From positions 36,614-100,613 of the forward strand of contig CAVQAX010000026.1 in the NCBI GenBank assembly GCA_963710515.1: a stretch of 64,000 nucleotides of DNA, written 5' to 3'. The notes beneath the pieces are model-generated. The model was given only the letters and a program-made list of their open reading frames with translations. It did not search any database and was not told where the DNA came from. This DNA comes from an uncultured Alphaproteobacteria bacterium. GTDB taxonomy: Bacteria; Pseudomonadota; Alphaproteobacteria; Rhodobacterales; Rhodobacteraceae. Of the stretch, positions 19,270-27,833 are shown piece by piece. Every line of letters begins with the position of its first letter. Position 1 is the first letter of the stretch. Position numbers and translations under genes: made by a program.

Positions 19270-20192
19270 GCGACATCCTGATCAGTTGCGCGATCACCGG
19301 CGCGATCCACACGCCCAGCATGTCGCCGCATCTGCCGGTCACCGCGGACGAGATCGCCACCAGCGCCATCGACGCCGCCGAGGCCGGAGCGGCGATCCTG
19401 CATCTGCATGCCCGCGACCCCGAAACAGGCCGACCTTCCGCCGATCCGGCGCACTGGATGGCGTTCCTGCCGCGCATCGCGCAGGGCTGCGACGCGGTGG
19501 TGAACATGACGACCGGCGGCTCGGCGGTGATGAGCCTCGACCAGCGGCTCGCCGCCCCGAAGGCCGCCGCCCCCGAAATGTGCTCGCTCAACATGGGCAC
19601 GATGAACTTCGCGCTCTATCCGATGATCGCCCGCGTCACCGACTGGAAGCATGCCTGGGAAAAACCGTTTCTCGAATCCAGCGACGATCTGGTGTTCCGC
19701 AACACCCCGCGCGATATCGCCCATGTGCTGCGGGAGATGGGCGCCGAACGCGGCGCGCGCTTCGAGTTCGAGTGCTACGACATCGGCCATCTCGACATGC
19801 TGCGCCACTTCGTCGATCGCGGGCTGGTCGATCCGCCCTTCTTCGTCCAGTTCGTCTTCGGCGTTCTGGGCGGCATGGCGGCCGAGCCCGAGGCACTGGT
19901 CTACCTCAAGGCCAAGGCCGACCGGCTTTTCGGGTCCGACTACCTCTTCTCGGTGCTGGCGGCGGGCCGCGCCCAGATGCCGATGGCCGCCCTCGCGGCG
20001 TCGATGGGCGGCCATGTGCGCGTCGGCCTCGAGGACAGCCTTCATATCGGCCGGGGCGAGCTCGCCCGCTCGAACGCCCAGCAGGTCGAGAAGGTCCGCG
20101 CCATCGTCGAGGCGCAGGGCCGCATTGTGGCCGGTCCGGCAAAGGCCCGCGCGATGCTCGGGTTGAAGGGCTCCGCCGAGGTCGGGTTTTGA
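19266..20192 (+). CDS. BKACE-family enzyme (3-keto-5-aminohexanoate cleavage enzyme-like, DUF849)
   Basis: 308 aa. MSDILISCAITGAIHTPSMSPHLPVTADEIATSAIDAAEAGAAILHLHARD and a C-terminal VRVGLEDS motif are as recalled for Kce-like TIM-barrel proteins. ATGA overlap with the aminotransferase. Confidence 0.8.
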   Translation: MSDILISCAITGAIHTPSMSPHLPVTADEIATSAIDAAEAGAAILHLHARDPETGRPSADPAHWMAFLPRIAQGCDAVVNMTTGGSAVMSLDQRLAAPKAAAPEMCSLNMGTMNFALYPMIARVTDWKHAWEKPFLESSDDLVFRNTPRDIAHVLREMGAERGARFEFECYDIGHLDMLRHFVDRGLVDPPFFVQFVFGVLGGMAAEPEALVYLKAKADRLFGSDYLFSVLAAGRAQMPMAALAASMGGHVRVGLEDSLHIGRGELARSNAQQVEKVRAIVEAQGRIVAGPAKARAMLGLKGSAEVGF

Positions 20193-20200
20193 GCCGGCCC

Positions 20201-20668
20201 GTGATCCGACCGGCCCGCAGGGAGGATGCCGGCGGCATTCTCGCCTGCCTGCGCGCGCTCTCGGAGCAGGACGGCGCGATCCATGCCGCCTCGGAAGAGG
20301 ATTATCTGCGGCACGGTTTCGGTCCGAACCGGGTCTTTCAGGCGATGGTGGTCGCTCAAGGGACGACTCTCGACGGCGTCGCGGTGTTCTTTCCCACCTT
20401 CTCGACCCAGCGCGGGCAACCGGGGGTCTACGTGCAGGACCTCTACCTCGCGCCCGGCCTGCGCGGAAAGGGCTTCGGGCGCTTGCTGCTCGCGGCGGTG
20501 CGGGGACAGGCGGCCGGCTGGGGAGCCGATCATCTCCTCTTGATGGTCGGCCGTGGCAATGCGGCGGGCAAGGGCTTCTACGAACGGCTCGGGTTCCGCG
20601 AGCTGGAAACATATGCGCCGCTCGTGCTCGACGGCCCGGCGCTGGCTGCCCTGGAGGATCCAGCATGA
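20201..20668 (+). CDS. GNAT-family N-acetyltransferase
   Basis: GTG at 20201 (or TTG at 20189) in the frame of track ORF 19214..20668. Acetyl-CoA loop QDLYLAPGLRGKGFGRLLL. About 155 aa. Confidence 0.8.
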   Translation: MIRPARREDAGGILACLRALSEQDGAIHAASEEDYLRHGFGPNRVFQAMVVAQGTTLDGVAVFFPTFSTQRGQPGVYVQDLYLAPGLRGKGFGRLLLAAVRGQAAGWGADHLLLMVGRGNAAGKGFYERLGFRELETYAPLVLDGPALAALEDPA

Positions 20669-21699
20669 GAGCCTTTTTCGACCCGGTCCAGCGCAGCCAC
20701 GACCCGAAGGCCTTCCTGTCGTCCGGGGCCCCAAAACCCAACCCCGAACAGCCGGCGCGGGTCGACGCGCTGCTGGCCGGCCTCGCGAAGCTCGGCATCG
20801 CGCCCGAGACGCCGCCCGATGCGGGGCGCGCTCCGATCGCCGCCGTGCACAGCCCGGAATACGTCCGGTTCCTCCGGACGATCCACGGGCGCTGGCTGCG
20901 CATTCCGGATGCATCCGCGGAAGTGATCCCGAACATCCACCCCGATCGCCGCGACGTGAGTTATCCCGCATCCGCCGTCGGGCAGGCGGGCTATCATATG
21001 GCCGATACCGCCTGTCCGATCTCGGCCGAAACCTGGGAGGCGGCACGCCGCAGTGCGATGTGCGCCGTGGCGGCGGCCGACGATGTGGCGGGCGGAGCGG
21101 GTGCCGCCTATGCGCTCTGTCGCCCCCCGGGCCACCACGCCTTCGCCGATCTCGCCGGGGGCTTCTGCTTTCTCAACAATTCCGCCATCGCCGCCGAACG
21201 CCTGCGCGCTGCGGGGCGGCGGGTGGCGATCCTCGATGTCGACCTTCATCACGGCAACGGCACACAGGGTATCTTCTACGCCCGCGGCGACGTGCTGACG
21301 GTCTCGGTCCATGCGGATCCGATCCGCTTCTACCCGTTCTTCTGGGGCCACGCGCAGGAGCGCGGCGTCGGGGCCGGGCGCGGGGCCAACCTCAACCTGC
21401 CGATCCCGCGCGGCACCGGGGATGACGGCTTCCGGCAAGCGCTCGCCACCGGGCTCGCGCGCATCGCGGATTTCGGCGCCGACACCTTGGTGATCGCGCT
21501 GGGGCTCGATGCGTTCGAGGGCGATCCCTTCGCGGGGCTTGCCGTCACCACCGCCGGCTTCGCGGCGATCGCAGGCGATATCGCGGGCCTCGGCCTGCCG
21601 GCGGCGATCGTCCAGGAGGGCGGCTATCTCTGTCCCGAACTGGGCGACAATCTCGCGGCCTTTCTGGGCGGCCATGCCGGGACGGGCCCCCGGCCATGA
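20665..21699 (+). CDS. histone-deacetylase-family amidohydrolase (acetylpolyamine/acetoin-type deacetylase)
   Basis: 344 aa. The catalytic motifs RPPGHHA and DVDLHHGNGTQ are present, along with GLDAFEGDP. ATGA overlap with the GNAT gene. Confidence 0.85.
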   Translation: MRAFFDPVQRSHDPKAFLSSGAPKPNPEQPARVDALLAGLAKLGIAPETPPDAGRAPIAAVHSPEYVRFLRTIHGRWLRIPDASAEVIPNIHPDRRDVSYPASAVGQAGYHMADTACPISAETWEAARRSAMCAVAAADDVAGGAGAAYALCRPPGHHAFADLAGGFCFLNNSAIAAERLRAAGRRVAILDVDLHHGNGTQGIFYARGDVLTVSVHADPIRFYPFFWGHAQERGVGAGRGANLNLPIPRGTGDDGFRQALATGLARIADFGADTLVIALGLDAFEGDPFAGLAVTTAGFAAIAGDIAGLGLPAAIVQEGGYLCPELGDNLAAFLGGHAGTGPRP

Positions 21700-22811
21700 G
21701 CGCGGAATCCTGGGACGTGATCGTGATCGGCGGCGGCATTGCCGGGATCGGGGCTGCGGCGCGCATCGCCGCCGACGCCCGGGTTCTGGTCCTCGAGCGG
21801 GAGCCGGCGATCGGCTACCACACCACCGGGCGGTCGGCGGCGATGCTGATCGACGGCTACGGCAACCGGGTGATCCGCGCCCTGACCGCAGCCGGCCGTG
21901 CGGGGCTCACGGATCCCGACCCCGAGTTCTGGCCCGACCCCCTGCTCGGCTCGCGGGGCGAGCTTCAGCTGGCCCGCCCCGGCGAGGAGGCGCTGGTCGA
22001 GGCCCGTGCCGCCGATCATGGCGGTATCGAGGTTCTGAGCCCGGCGGAGGCGCTCAAACTGGTCCCGATCCTCGACGCAGGCGCGGTGGCGCTGGCGGGC
22101 TACGACCGCGCAGCGCAGGACATCGATGTCGATCTGCTGATGCAGGGCTTCCGGCGCATGCTGCTCAAGCGGCAGGGCGAAGTGCGGACCGGGGTGGACA
22201 TCCGCGCAATCGCGCGCAGCGCCGGTGTCTGGCGGATCACGCTGGCGCACGGAGCGGTCGAGGCGCCGGTGGTGGTGAATGCGGCAGGCGCCTGGGGCGA
22301 CGAGGTGGCGGCGCTGGCCGGCGTGGCCCCGGTCGGGCTCGAGCCGAAGCGGCGCTCGGCGGTGATGGTGCCGCTGCCCGAGGGTCTCGATCCCGGCGGC
22401 TGGCCGCTCTTCGGCGGGGTGCGCGAGGACTGGTACGCGAAGCCCACGGGAGGGCAGCTCATGGTCTCGCCGGCCGACGAGGATCCGGTCGAGCCGCATG
22501 ATGCCTGGCCCGATGACATGGTGCTGGCCGAGGGGCTCGAGCGCTACGGGCGGATGGTGACGCTGCCGGTCACGCGGATCGGGCGCAGCTGGGCGGGCCT
22601 GCGCAGCTTCGTCGCCGACCGGTCACCGGTGGCGGGCTTCGATCCGCAGCATGAGGGTTTCTTCTGGCTGGTGGGCCAGGGCGGATATGGTATCCAGACC
22701 GCGCCGGGCCTGTCGGCCTGCGCCGCCGATCTGATCGCGGGGCGCGCGCCCGCGGTTCCGGCCGATATCATCGCCGGCCTGTCACCGGGCAGGCTCTCCC
22801 GTTCCACCTGA
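21696..22811 (+). CDS. FAD-dependent oxidoreductase (DAO / amine- or amino-acid-oxidase-like)
   Basis: 371 aa. Dinucleotide fold WDVIVIGGGIAGIGAAARIA..VLVLERE. ATGA overlap with the deacetylase gene. Confidence 0.8.
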   Translation: MSAESWDVIVIGGGIAGIGAAARIAADARVLVLEREPAIGYHTTGRSAAMLIDGYGNRVIRALTAAGRAGLTDPDPEFWPDPLLGSRGELQLARPGEEALVEARAADHGGIEVLSPAEALKLVPILDAGAVALAGYDRAAQDIDVDLLMQGFRRMLLKRQGEVRTGVDIRAIARSAGVWRITLAHGAVEAPVVVNAAGAWGDEVAALAGVAPVGLEPKRRSAVMVPLPEGLDPGGWPLFGGVREDWYAKPTGGQLMVSPADEDPVEPHDAWPDDMVLAEGLERYGRMVTLPVTRIGRSWAGLRSFVADRSPVAGFDPQHEGFFWLVGQGGYGIQTAPGLSACAADLIAGRAPAVPADIIAGLSPGRLSRST

Positions 22812-22828
22812 CCGAAGGAAACCGTTCC

Positions 22829-23176
22829 ATGCCCGACATCACCCGTCTCCACCCCGGCGCCCGCATGAGCCAGGCAGTCATCCACGGCGACCTCGTCTGG
22901 CTCGCCGGGCAGGTCGGTGCGCCGGGCGCGCCGGTGGCCGAGCAGGCCAGGGCTGCGCTGGCCAAGGTCGATGCGCTGCTTTCGGAGGCCGGATCGGGGC
23001 GGGACCGGATCCTCTCGGCGACGATCTGGCTCGCGGACATGGCGGATTTCGAGGCGATGAACGCGGTCTGGGATGCCTGGGTCGATCCGGCCAACCCGCC
23101 GGCCCGGGCGACCGGGGAGGCGAAGCTCGCAACCCCGGATTACCTCTTCGAGGTGATCATCGTCGCGGCCCGTTGA
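22829..23176 (+). CDS. RidA/YjgF-family reactive-intermediate (imine/enamine) deaminase
   Basis: 115 aa. Overall YjgF/RutC-like sequence ...VWLAGQVG...ILSATIWLADMADFEAMNAVW...ARATGEAKLA. Confidence 0.8.
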   Translation: MPDITRLHPGARMSQAVIHGDLVWLAGQVGAPGAPVAEQARAALAKVDALLSEAGSGRDRILSATIWLADMADFEAMNAVWDAWVDPANPPARATGEAKLATPDYLFEVIIVAAR

Positions 23177-23470
23177 GGCTGCCGAGCGCGCGCACAGGGT
23201 GCACGCAACGCGAAACATGGCTTAACCGGCTGATTTGATTGGTGTTTGTGTAAGACGGCTGTGCGCCCACAGGCGGTTCGGAGTCGGGGCCGCCTCGAAC
23301 CGGCACTGCCCGGACCGGCGCGCAGTCGATGATCCGGATGCGCGTTCTGCCGCGCCCGGTGGCGCAGGGTTCCCTTGCGATGCCGGTACGGCGGGCGTAT
23401 GCCGGACATAAGCCTGCCGGTCGCGCGGTGTCGCGTTTCCCGTCCGGCCGTTTCCTGATCCGGAGGCCAG

Positions 23471-24652
23471 ATGCCTTTCCTTCGTCCCGGCCTTTCCGGC
23501 CTCGCGCTCGCATTTCTCGCCCTGACATGGCCCATCGCCGCTTCGGCGCAGGGGCCCGGTGGCGGAGAGCGCCCGCCGACGGCGGTCACGGTGGTCACCC
23601 TGGCCGAGGATGACGTGACGCTGACCGCGACGCTGCCGGGGCGGGTGCTGGCGTCGGGGATCGCCGAGGTCCGGCCGCAGGTGAACGGGATCATCGTCGA
23701 GCGGCTGTTTCGCGAAGGCGAGGCGGTGGAGATCGGCGCGCCGCTCTACCGCATCGACGCGGCGGTCTACGAGGCGGCTGTGGCGGCCGCGACGGCCCAG
23801 GTCGCCCAGGCCCAGTCACAGCTCCGGGTCACCACGAGCGAGGCGGACCGGCTGACCGAACTCATCGAGCGCGACGTCGTGAGCCAGCAGACGCTGGAAG
23901 GGGCCCAGGGGGCGCGGGATGCCGCGGCGGCCGCCCTGCAACTTGCACAGGCACAGCTTTCGGCGGCGGAGATCGATCTCGACCGCACGACGGTCCGCGC
24001 GCCGCTCTCCGGGGTGATCGGCCGGTCGCTCACGACGCAGGGCGCGCTGGTCACCAGCGGGCAGGCGCAGCCGCTCGCGGTGATCCGCAACATCGATCCG
24101 GTGCTGGTCGACGTGACCCAGTCGGCCGCCGAGATCCTCGCCTGGCGGCGCGGCCTGATGACCGAACGGCTGCAGGAAGCCCGGCCGGAGGTGGTGCTGA
24201 CCCTCGCGGACGGCGAGACCTACGAATTCGAAGGATCGCTGACCGCGGCCGAGCCCAACGTGAACGAGCAGACCGGCGTGGTCACGCTCCGGCTCGAATT
24301 CCCGAACCCTGACAAGCTCTTGCTGCCCGGAATGTATGTTCAGGTCGAAATGCCCCAGGGCGTCGTGTCCGGCGTGGTCCTCGCGCCGCAGCAGGGGGTC
24401 TCCTTCGACCGGCGCGGGCGGCCGACGGCGCTGGTGGTCAATTCCGAGAATGTCGTCGAGCCGCGCGAGCTCGAGATCATCGCCGCGCGGGATGCCGACT
24501 GGATCGTGAGCAGCGGGCTTGCCACCGGCGACCGGATCATCGTCGAGGGCGTGCAGAAGGCACCGCCCGGTGCCACCGTGATGCCCGAAGAGCGGGGCGC
24601 ATCCGAGGGCGGTGCCGAGGCACCGGCTTCGGCCCCGGCCGACGCCGGCTGA
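23471..24652 (+). CDS. RND efflux periplasmic adaptor (membrane fusion protein, AcrA/MexA-like)
   Basis: 393 aa. Signal-like N-terminus, coiled-coil hairpin region (AQAQSQLRVTTSEADRL...LQLAQAQLSAAEIDLDRTTVRAPLSGVIG) and a GGAGG Shine-Dalgarno before the ATG. Confidence 0.9.
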   Translation: MPFLRPGLSGLALAFLALTWPIAASAQGPGGGERPPTAVTVVTLAEDDVTLTATLPGRVLASGIAEVRPQVNGIIVERLFREGEAVEIGAPLYRIDAAVYEAAVAAATAQVAQAQSQLRVTTSEADRLTELIERDVVSQQTLEGAQGARDAAAAALQLAQAQLSAAEIDLDRTTVRAPLSGVIGRSLTTQGALVTSGQAQPLAVIRNIDPVLVDVTQSAAEILAWRRGLMTERLQEARPEVVLTLADGETYEFEGSLTAAEPNVNEQTGVVTLRLEFPNPDKLLLPGMYVQVEMPQGVVSGVVLAPQQGVSFDRRGRPTALVVNSENVVEPRELEIIAARDADWIVSSGLATGDRIIVEGVQKAPPGATVMPEERGASEGGAEAPASAPADAG

Positions 24653-24673
24653 CGGCGGCAGGGGGGAAGCACG

Positions 24674-27600
24674 ATGGCACGTTTCTTCATCGACCGGCCG
24701 GTCTTTGCCTGGGTGATCGCGATCCTGATCATGGGCATCGGGGCCCTGTCGATCATCTCGCTGCCGGTGGCGCAATATCCGCAGATCGCCCCGCCCTCGG
24801 TCTCGGTTTCGGCGAATTACCCCGGCGCCTCGGCGGAGACCGTCGAATCGACGGTGACCCAGGTGCTCGAGCAGCAGCTCACCGGGATCGACGGGCTGCG
24901 CTACATCTCGTCGTCCTCGACCTCGTCGGGCAGCGCCTCGATCACCCTGACCTTCGAGACCGGAACCGATGCCGACATCGCCCAGGTCCAGGTCCAGAAC
25001 AAGCTCGCCCAGGCGACGTCGCTGCTGCCCGAGACGGTGCAGCGCCAGGGCGTGCAGGTCGACAAGGGGTTCTCGGGCTTCCTGATGGTGATCGCGCTGA
25101 TCTCGCAGGACGGCGCGCTCGAACAGGTCGATCTGGCGGATTACCTCTCCTCGAACCTCGTCGACGAGATCAGCCGCGTCGAGGGCGTTGGCGGCGTGCA
25201 GGTCTTCGGCGCGCCCTATGCGATGCGGATCTGGCTCGATCCGTCGCGGCTCGCGGCCTACGAGCTGTCGCCCGCGCAGGTGACCGCGGCCGTCTCGGCG
25301 CAGAACGCGCAGATCTCCGCCGGACAGTTCGGCTCGCTGCCCGCCGTCGAGGGCCAGCAGCTCAACGCCACGATCACCGCCCAGTCGCTCCTGCGCACCC
25401 CGGCGGATTTCGAGCAGATCGTGCTGCGCTCGGAGACCGATGGCGGCCTCGTTCTGCTCAAGGACGTGGCGCGGGTCGAGGTCGGGGCGGAGAATTACGG
25501 CACGATCTCGCGGTTCAGCGCCCAGCCGGCCTCGGGCATGGCGCTCCGGCTCGCCTCGGGGGCGAACGCCCTCGACACGGCCGAGCGGGTGAAGACCCGG
25601 ATGGAGGAACTCGCCGCGTTCTTCCCCGAGGGCGTGACCTACGAGGTGCCCTTCGACACCACGCCCTTCGTGCGGATCTCGATCGAGGAGGTGGTCAAGA
25701 CGCTCTTCGAGGCGATCGCGCTCGTCTTCCTCGTGATGCTGCTCTTCCTCGGCAATCTGCGCGCCACGCTGATCCCGACGCTCGCCGTGCCGGTCGTGCT
25801 CCTCGGCACCTTCGCGGTGCTCGCGGTGGCGGGCTTCACCATCAACTCGCTCACCATGCTGGCGATGGTGCTGGCCATCGGGCTTCTCGTCGACGACGCG
25901 ATCGTCGTGGTGGAGAACGTCGAGCGCATCATGGAGGAGGAGGGGCTCGGGCCCCGCGAGGCGACGCGCAAGTCGATGGACCAGATCACCGGCGCGCTGA
26001 TCGGCATCGCGCTGGTGCTCTCGGCGGTCTTCGTGCCGATGGCGTTCTTCGGCGGCTCGACGGGGGTGATCTACCGGCAATTCTCCATCGCCATCGTCTC
26101 GGCGATGGCGCTCTCGGTGCTGGTGGCGCTCACCCTGACGCCCGCACTCTGCGCGAGCATGCTCAAGCGGCGCGACGTGCACGCACCGCGCCGCGGGCCG
26201 CTCGCCGCCTTCGCGCGGGGCTTCGCGTCGCTCACCAACCGCTACGGCCTCGCTGTGGACGGGATCCTCAAGCGGCCGATCCGGGTCGGGCTGATCTATC
26301 TCCTGCTCGTGGGCGGCATGGGCTGGCTCTTCGTGCAGACGCCCACCGGATTCCTGCCAGAAGAAGATCAAGGGATCATGTTCGTCTTCGTGCAGGGGCC
26401 GTCGGGGGCGACGGCGGACCGCACGCTCGACGTGATGAAGGACATCGAGGAGCATTTCCTCGTCACCGAGGGCGAGAACGTCGAGAGCCTCTTCACCGTC
26501 GTCGGCTTCAGTTTCGCCGGGCAGGGCCAGAATGTCGGCATCGCCTTCGTGCGCCTGAAGGACTGGAAGGACCGCGTGCGGCCCGACCAGTCGGTGCAGG
26601 CGGTCGCCGGGCGCGGGTTCGGGGCACTCGGCCAGATCCGCGACGCCTTCGTGTTCCCGATCGTGCCGCCGGCGGTGATCGAGCTCGGCAACGTCTCGGG
26701 CTTCGATCTCTACGTGCAGGCCCGCGGCGGCCAGACCCACGAGGAATTGCTGGGCGCGCGCAACCAGATGCTCGGCATGGCGGGAGAGAGCCCGATGATC
26801 GCCTCGATGCGTCCCAACGGGCTCGAGGACGCGGCGCAATTCGCCCTCGACATCGACTGGCGCAAGGCCGGCGCGATGGGGGTGACGGCGCGCGACGTCG
26901 CCGATCTGCTGACCACGGCCTGGGCGGGGCGCTACGTCAACGACTTCCTCGATCAGGGTCGGATCAAGCGGGTCTACGTGCAGGGCGATGCGGAATCGCG
27001 GCGCAACCCCGAGGACATCGAGCGCTGGCGGGTGACGAACGCCACCGGCGGGCTGGTGCCGTTCTCGAACTTCGCCGACGGCTCGTGGCGCTTCGGGCCG
27101 CAGGGGCTCTACCGCTACAACGGCGTGCCGGCGATGCAGCTCCAGGGCCAGCCGATCCCCGGGGTGACCACCGGCGAGGCGATGATGGAGGTCGAACGGC
27201 TGGCGAGCCAGCTTCCGCCGGGCTTCGACCTCGCCTGGACCGGGCTCTCGCTCGAGGAACGCCAGACCGGCGGGCAGGCGCCGCTCCTCTACGCGCTGTC
27301 GCTCGCTGTGGTGTTCCTGAGCCTCGCGGCACTCTACGAGAGCTGGGTGATCCCGGCGGCGGTGATGCTGGCGATGCCGCTCGGCGCCCTGGGCGCGCTG
27401 ATCGGGGCCTATCTCGGCGGCTTCGCCAACGACGTGTTCTTCCAGGTCGGGCTCCTGACCACCATCGGTCTGACGGGCAAGAACGCCATCCTGATCGTCG
27501 AATTCGCGCGCGCATTGCAGGAGGAGGGCATGGAGCTGTACCAGGCCGTCAGCCAGGCCGCGCGGCAACGCTTCCGGCCGATCATGATGACCTCCATGGC

Positions 27601-27811
27601 CTTCTCGCTCGGGGTGACGCCGCTGGTGCTGAGTTCGGGCGCCGGGGCGGCGGGGCGCAACGCCATCGGCTCGGCGGTGCTGGGCGGGACGCTCTCGGCG
27701 ACGCTTCTGGGCGTGCTCTTCGTGCCGATCTTCTTCACGACGATCCGCCGCATCTTCCCCTACCGGCCCCTCGAGGAGGAAACCGTGCCGGCCCCCGAAG
27801 CGTCGCACTGA
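24674..27811 (+). CDS. RND multidrug efflux permease (AcrB/MexB family)
   Basis: 1045 aa. MARFFIDRPVFAWVIAILIM is the canonical AcrB N-terminus, with a 12-TM and two-large-loop architecture. Confidence 0.95.
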   Translation: MARFFIDRPVFAWVIAILIMGIGALSIISLPVAQYPQIAPPSVSVSANYPGASAETVESTVTQVLEQQLTGIDGLRYISSSSTSSGSASITLTFETGTDADIAQVQVQNKLAQATSLLPETVQRQGVQVDKGFSGFLMVIALISQDGALEQVDLADYLSSNLVDEISRVEGVGGVQVFGAPYAMRIWLDPSRLAAYELSPAQVTAAVSAQNAQISAGQFGSLPAVEGQQLNATITAQSLLRTPADFEQIVLRSETDGGLVLLKDVARVEVGAENYGTISRFSAQPASGMALRLASGANALDTAERVKTRMEELAAFFPEGVTYEVPFDTTPFVRISIEEVVKTLFEAIALVFLVMLLFLGNLRATLIPTLAVPVVLLGTFAVLAVAGFTINSLTMLAMVLAIGLLVDDAIVVVENVERIMEEEGLGPREATRKSMDQITGALIGIALVLSAVFVPMAFFGGSTGVIYRQFSIAIVSAMALSVLVALTLTPALCASMLKRRDVHAPRRGPLAAFARGFASLTNRYGLAVDGILKRPIRVGLIYLLLVGGMGWLFVQTPTGFLPEEDQGIMFVFVQGPSGATADRTLDVMKDIEEHFLVTEGENVESLFTVVGFSFAGQGQNVGIAFVRLKDWKDRVRPDQSVQAVAGRGFGALGQIRDAFVFPIVPPAVIELGNVSGFDLYVQARGGQTHEELLGARNQMLGMAGESPMIASMRPNGLEDAAQFALDIDWRKAGAMGVTARDVADLLTTAWAGRYVNDFLDQGRIKRVYVQGDAESRRNPEDIERWRVTNATGGLVPFSNFADGSWRFGPQGLYRYNGVPAMQLQGQPIPGVTTGEAMMEVERLASQLPPGFDLAWTGLSLEERQTGGQAPLLYALSLAVVFLSLAALYESWVIPAAVMLAMPLGALGALIGAYLGGFANDVFFQVGLLTTIGLTGKNAILIVEFARALQEEGMELYQAVSQAARQRFRPIMMTSMAFSLGVTPLVLSSGAGAAGRNAIGSAVLGGTLSATLLGVLFVPIFFTTIRRIFPYRPLEEETVPAPEASH

Positions 27812-27833
27812 CGACGCTCCGGGGGCTCGCGGC

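Noticed and set aside
20201-20668. GNAT gene as a TacT/AtaT-type toxin
   Set aside because: No small RHH/antitoxin ORF is adjacent. The gene is embedded by start/stop overlaps in a long metabolic operon.
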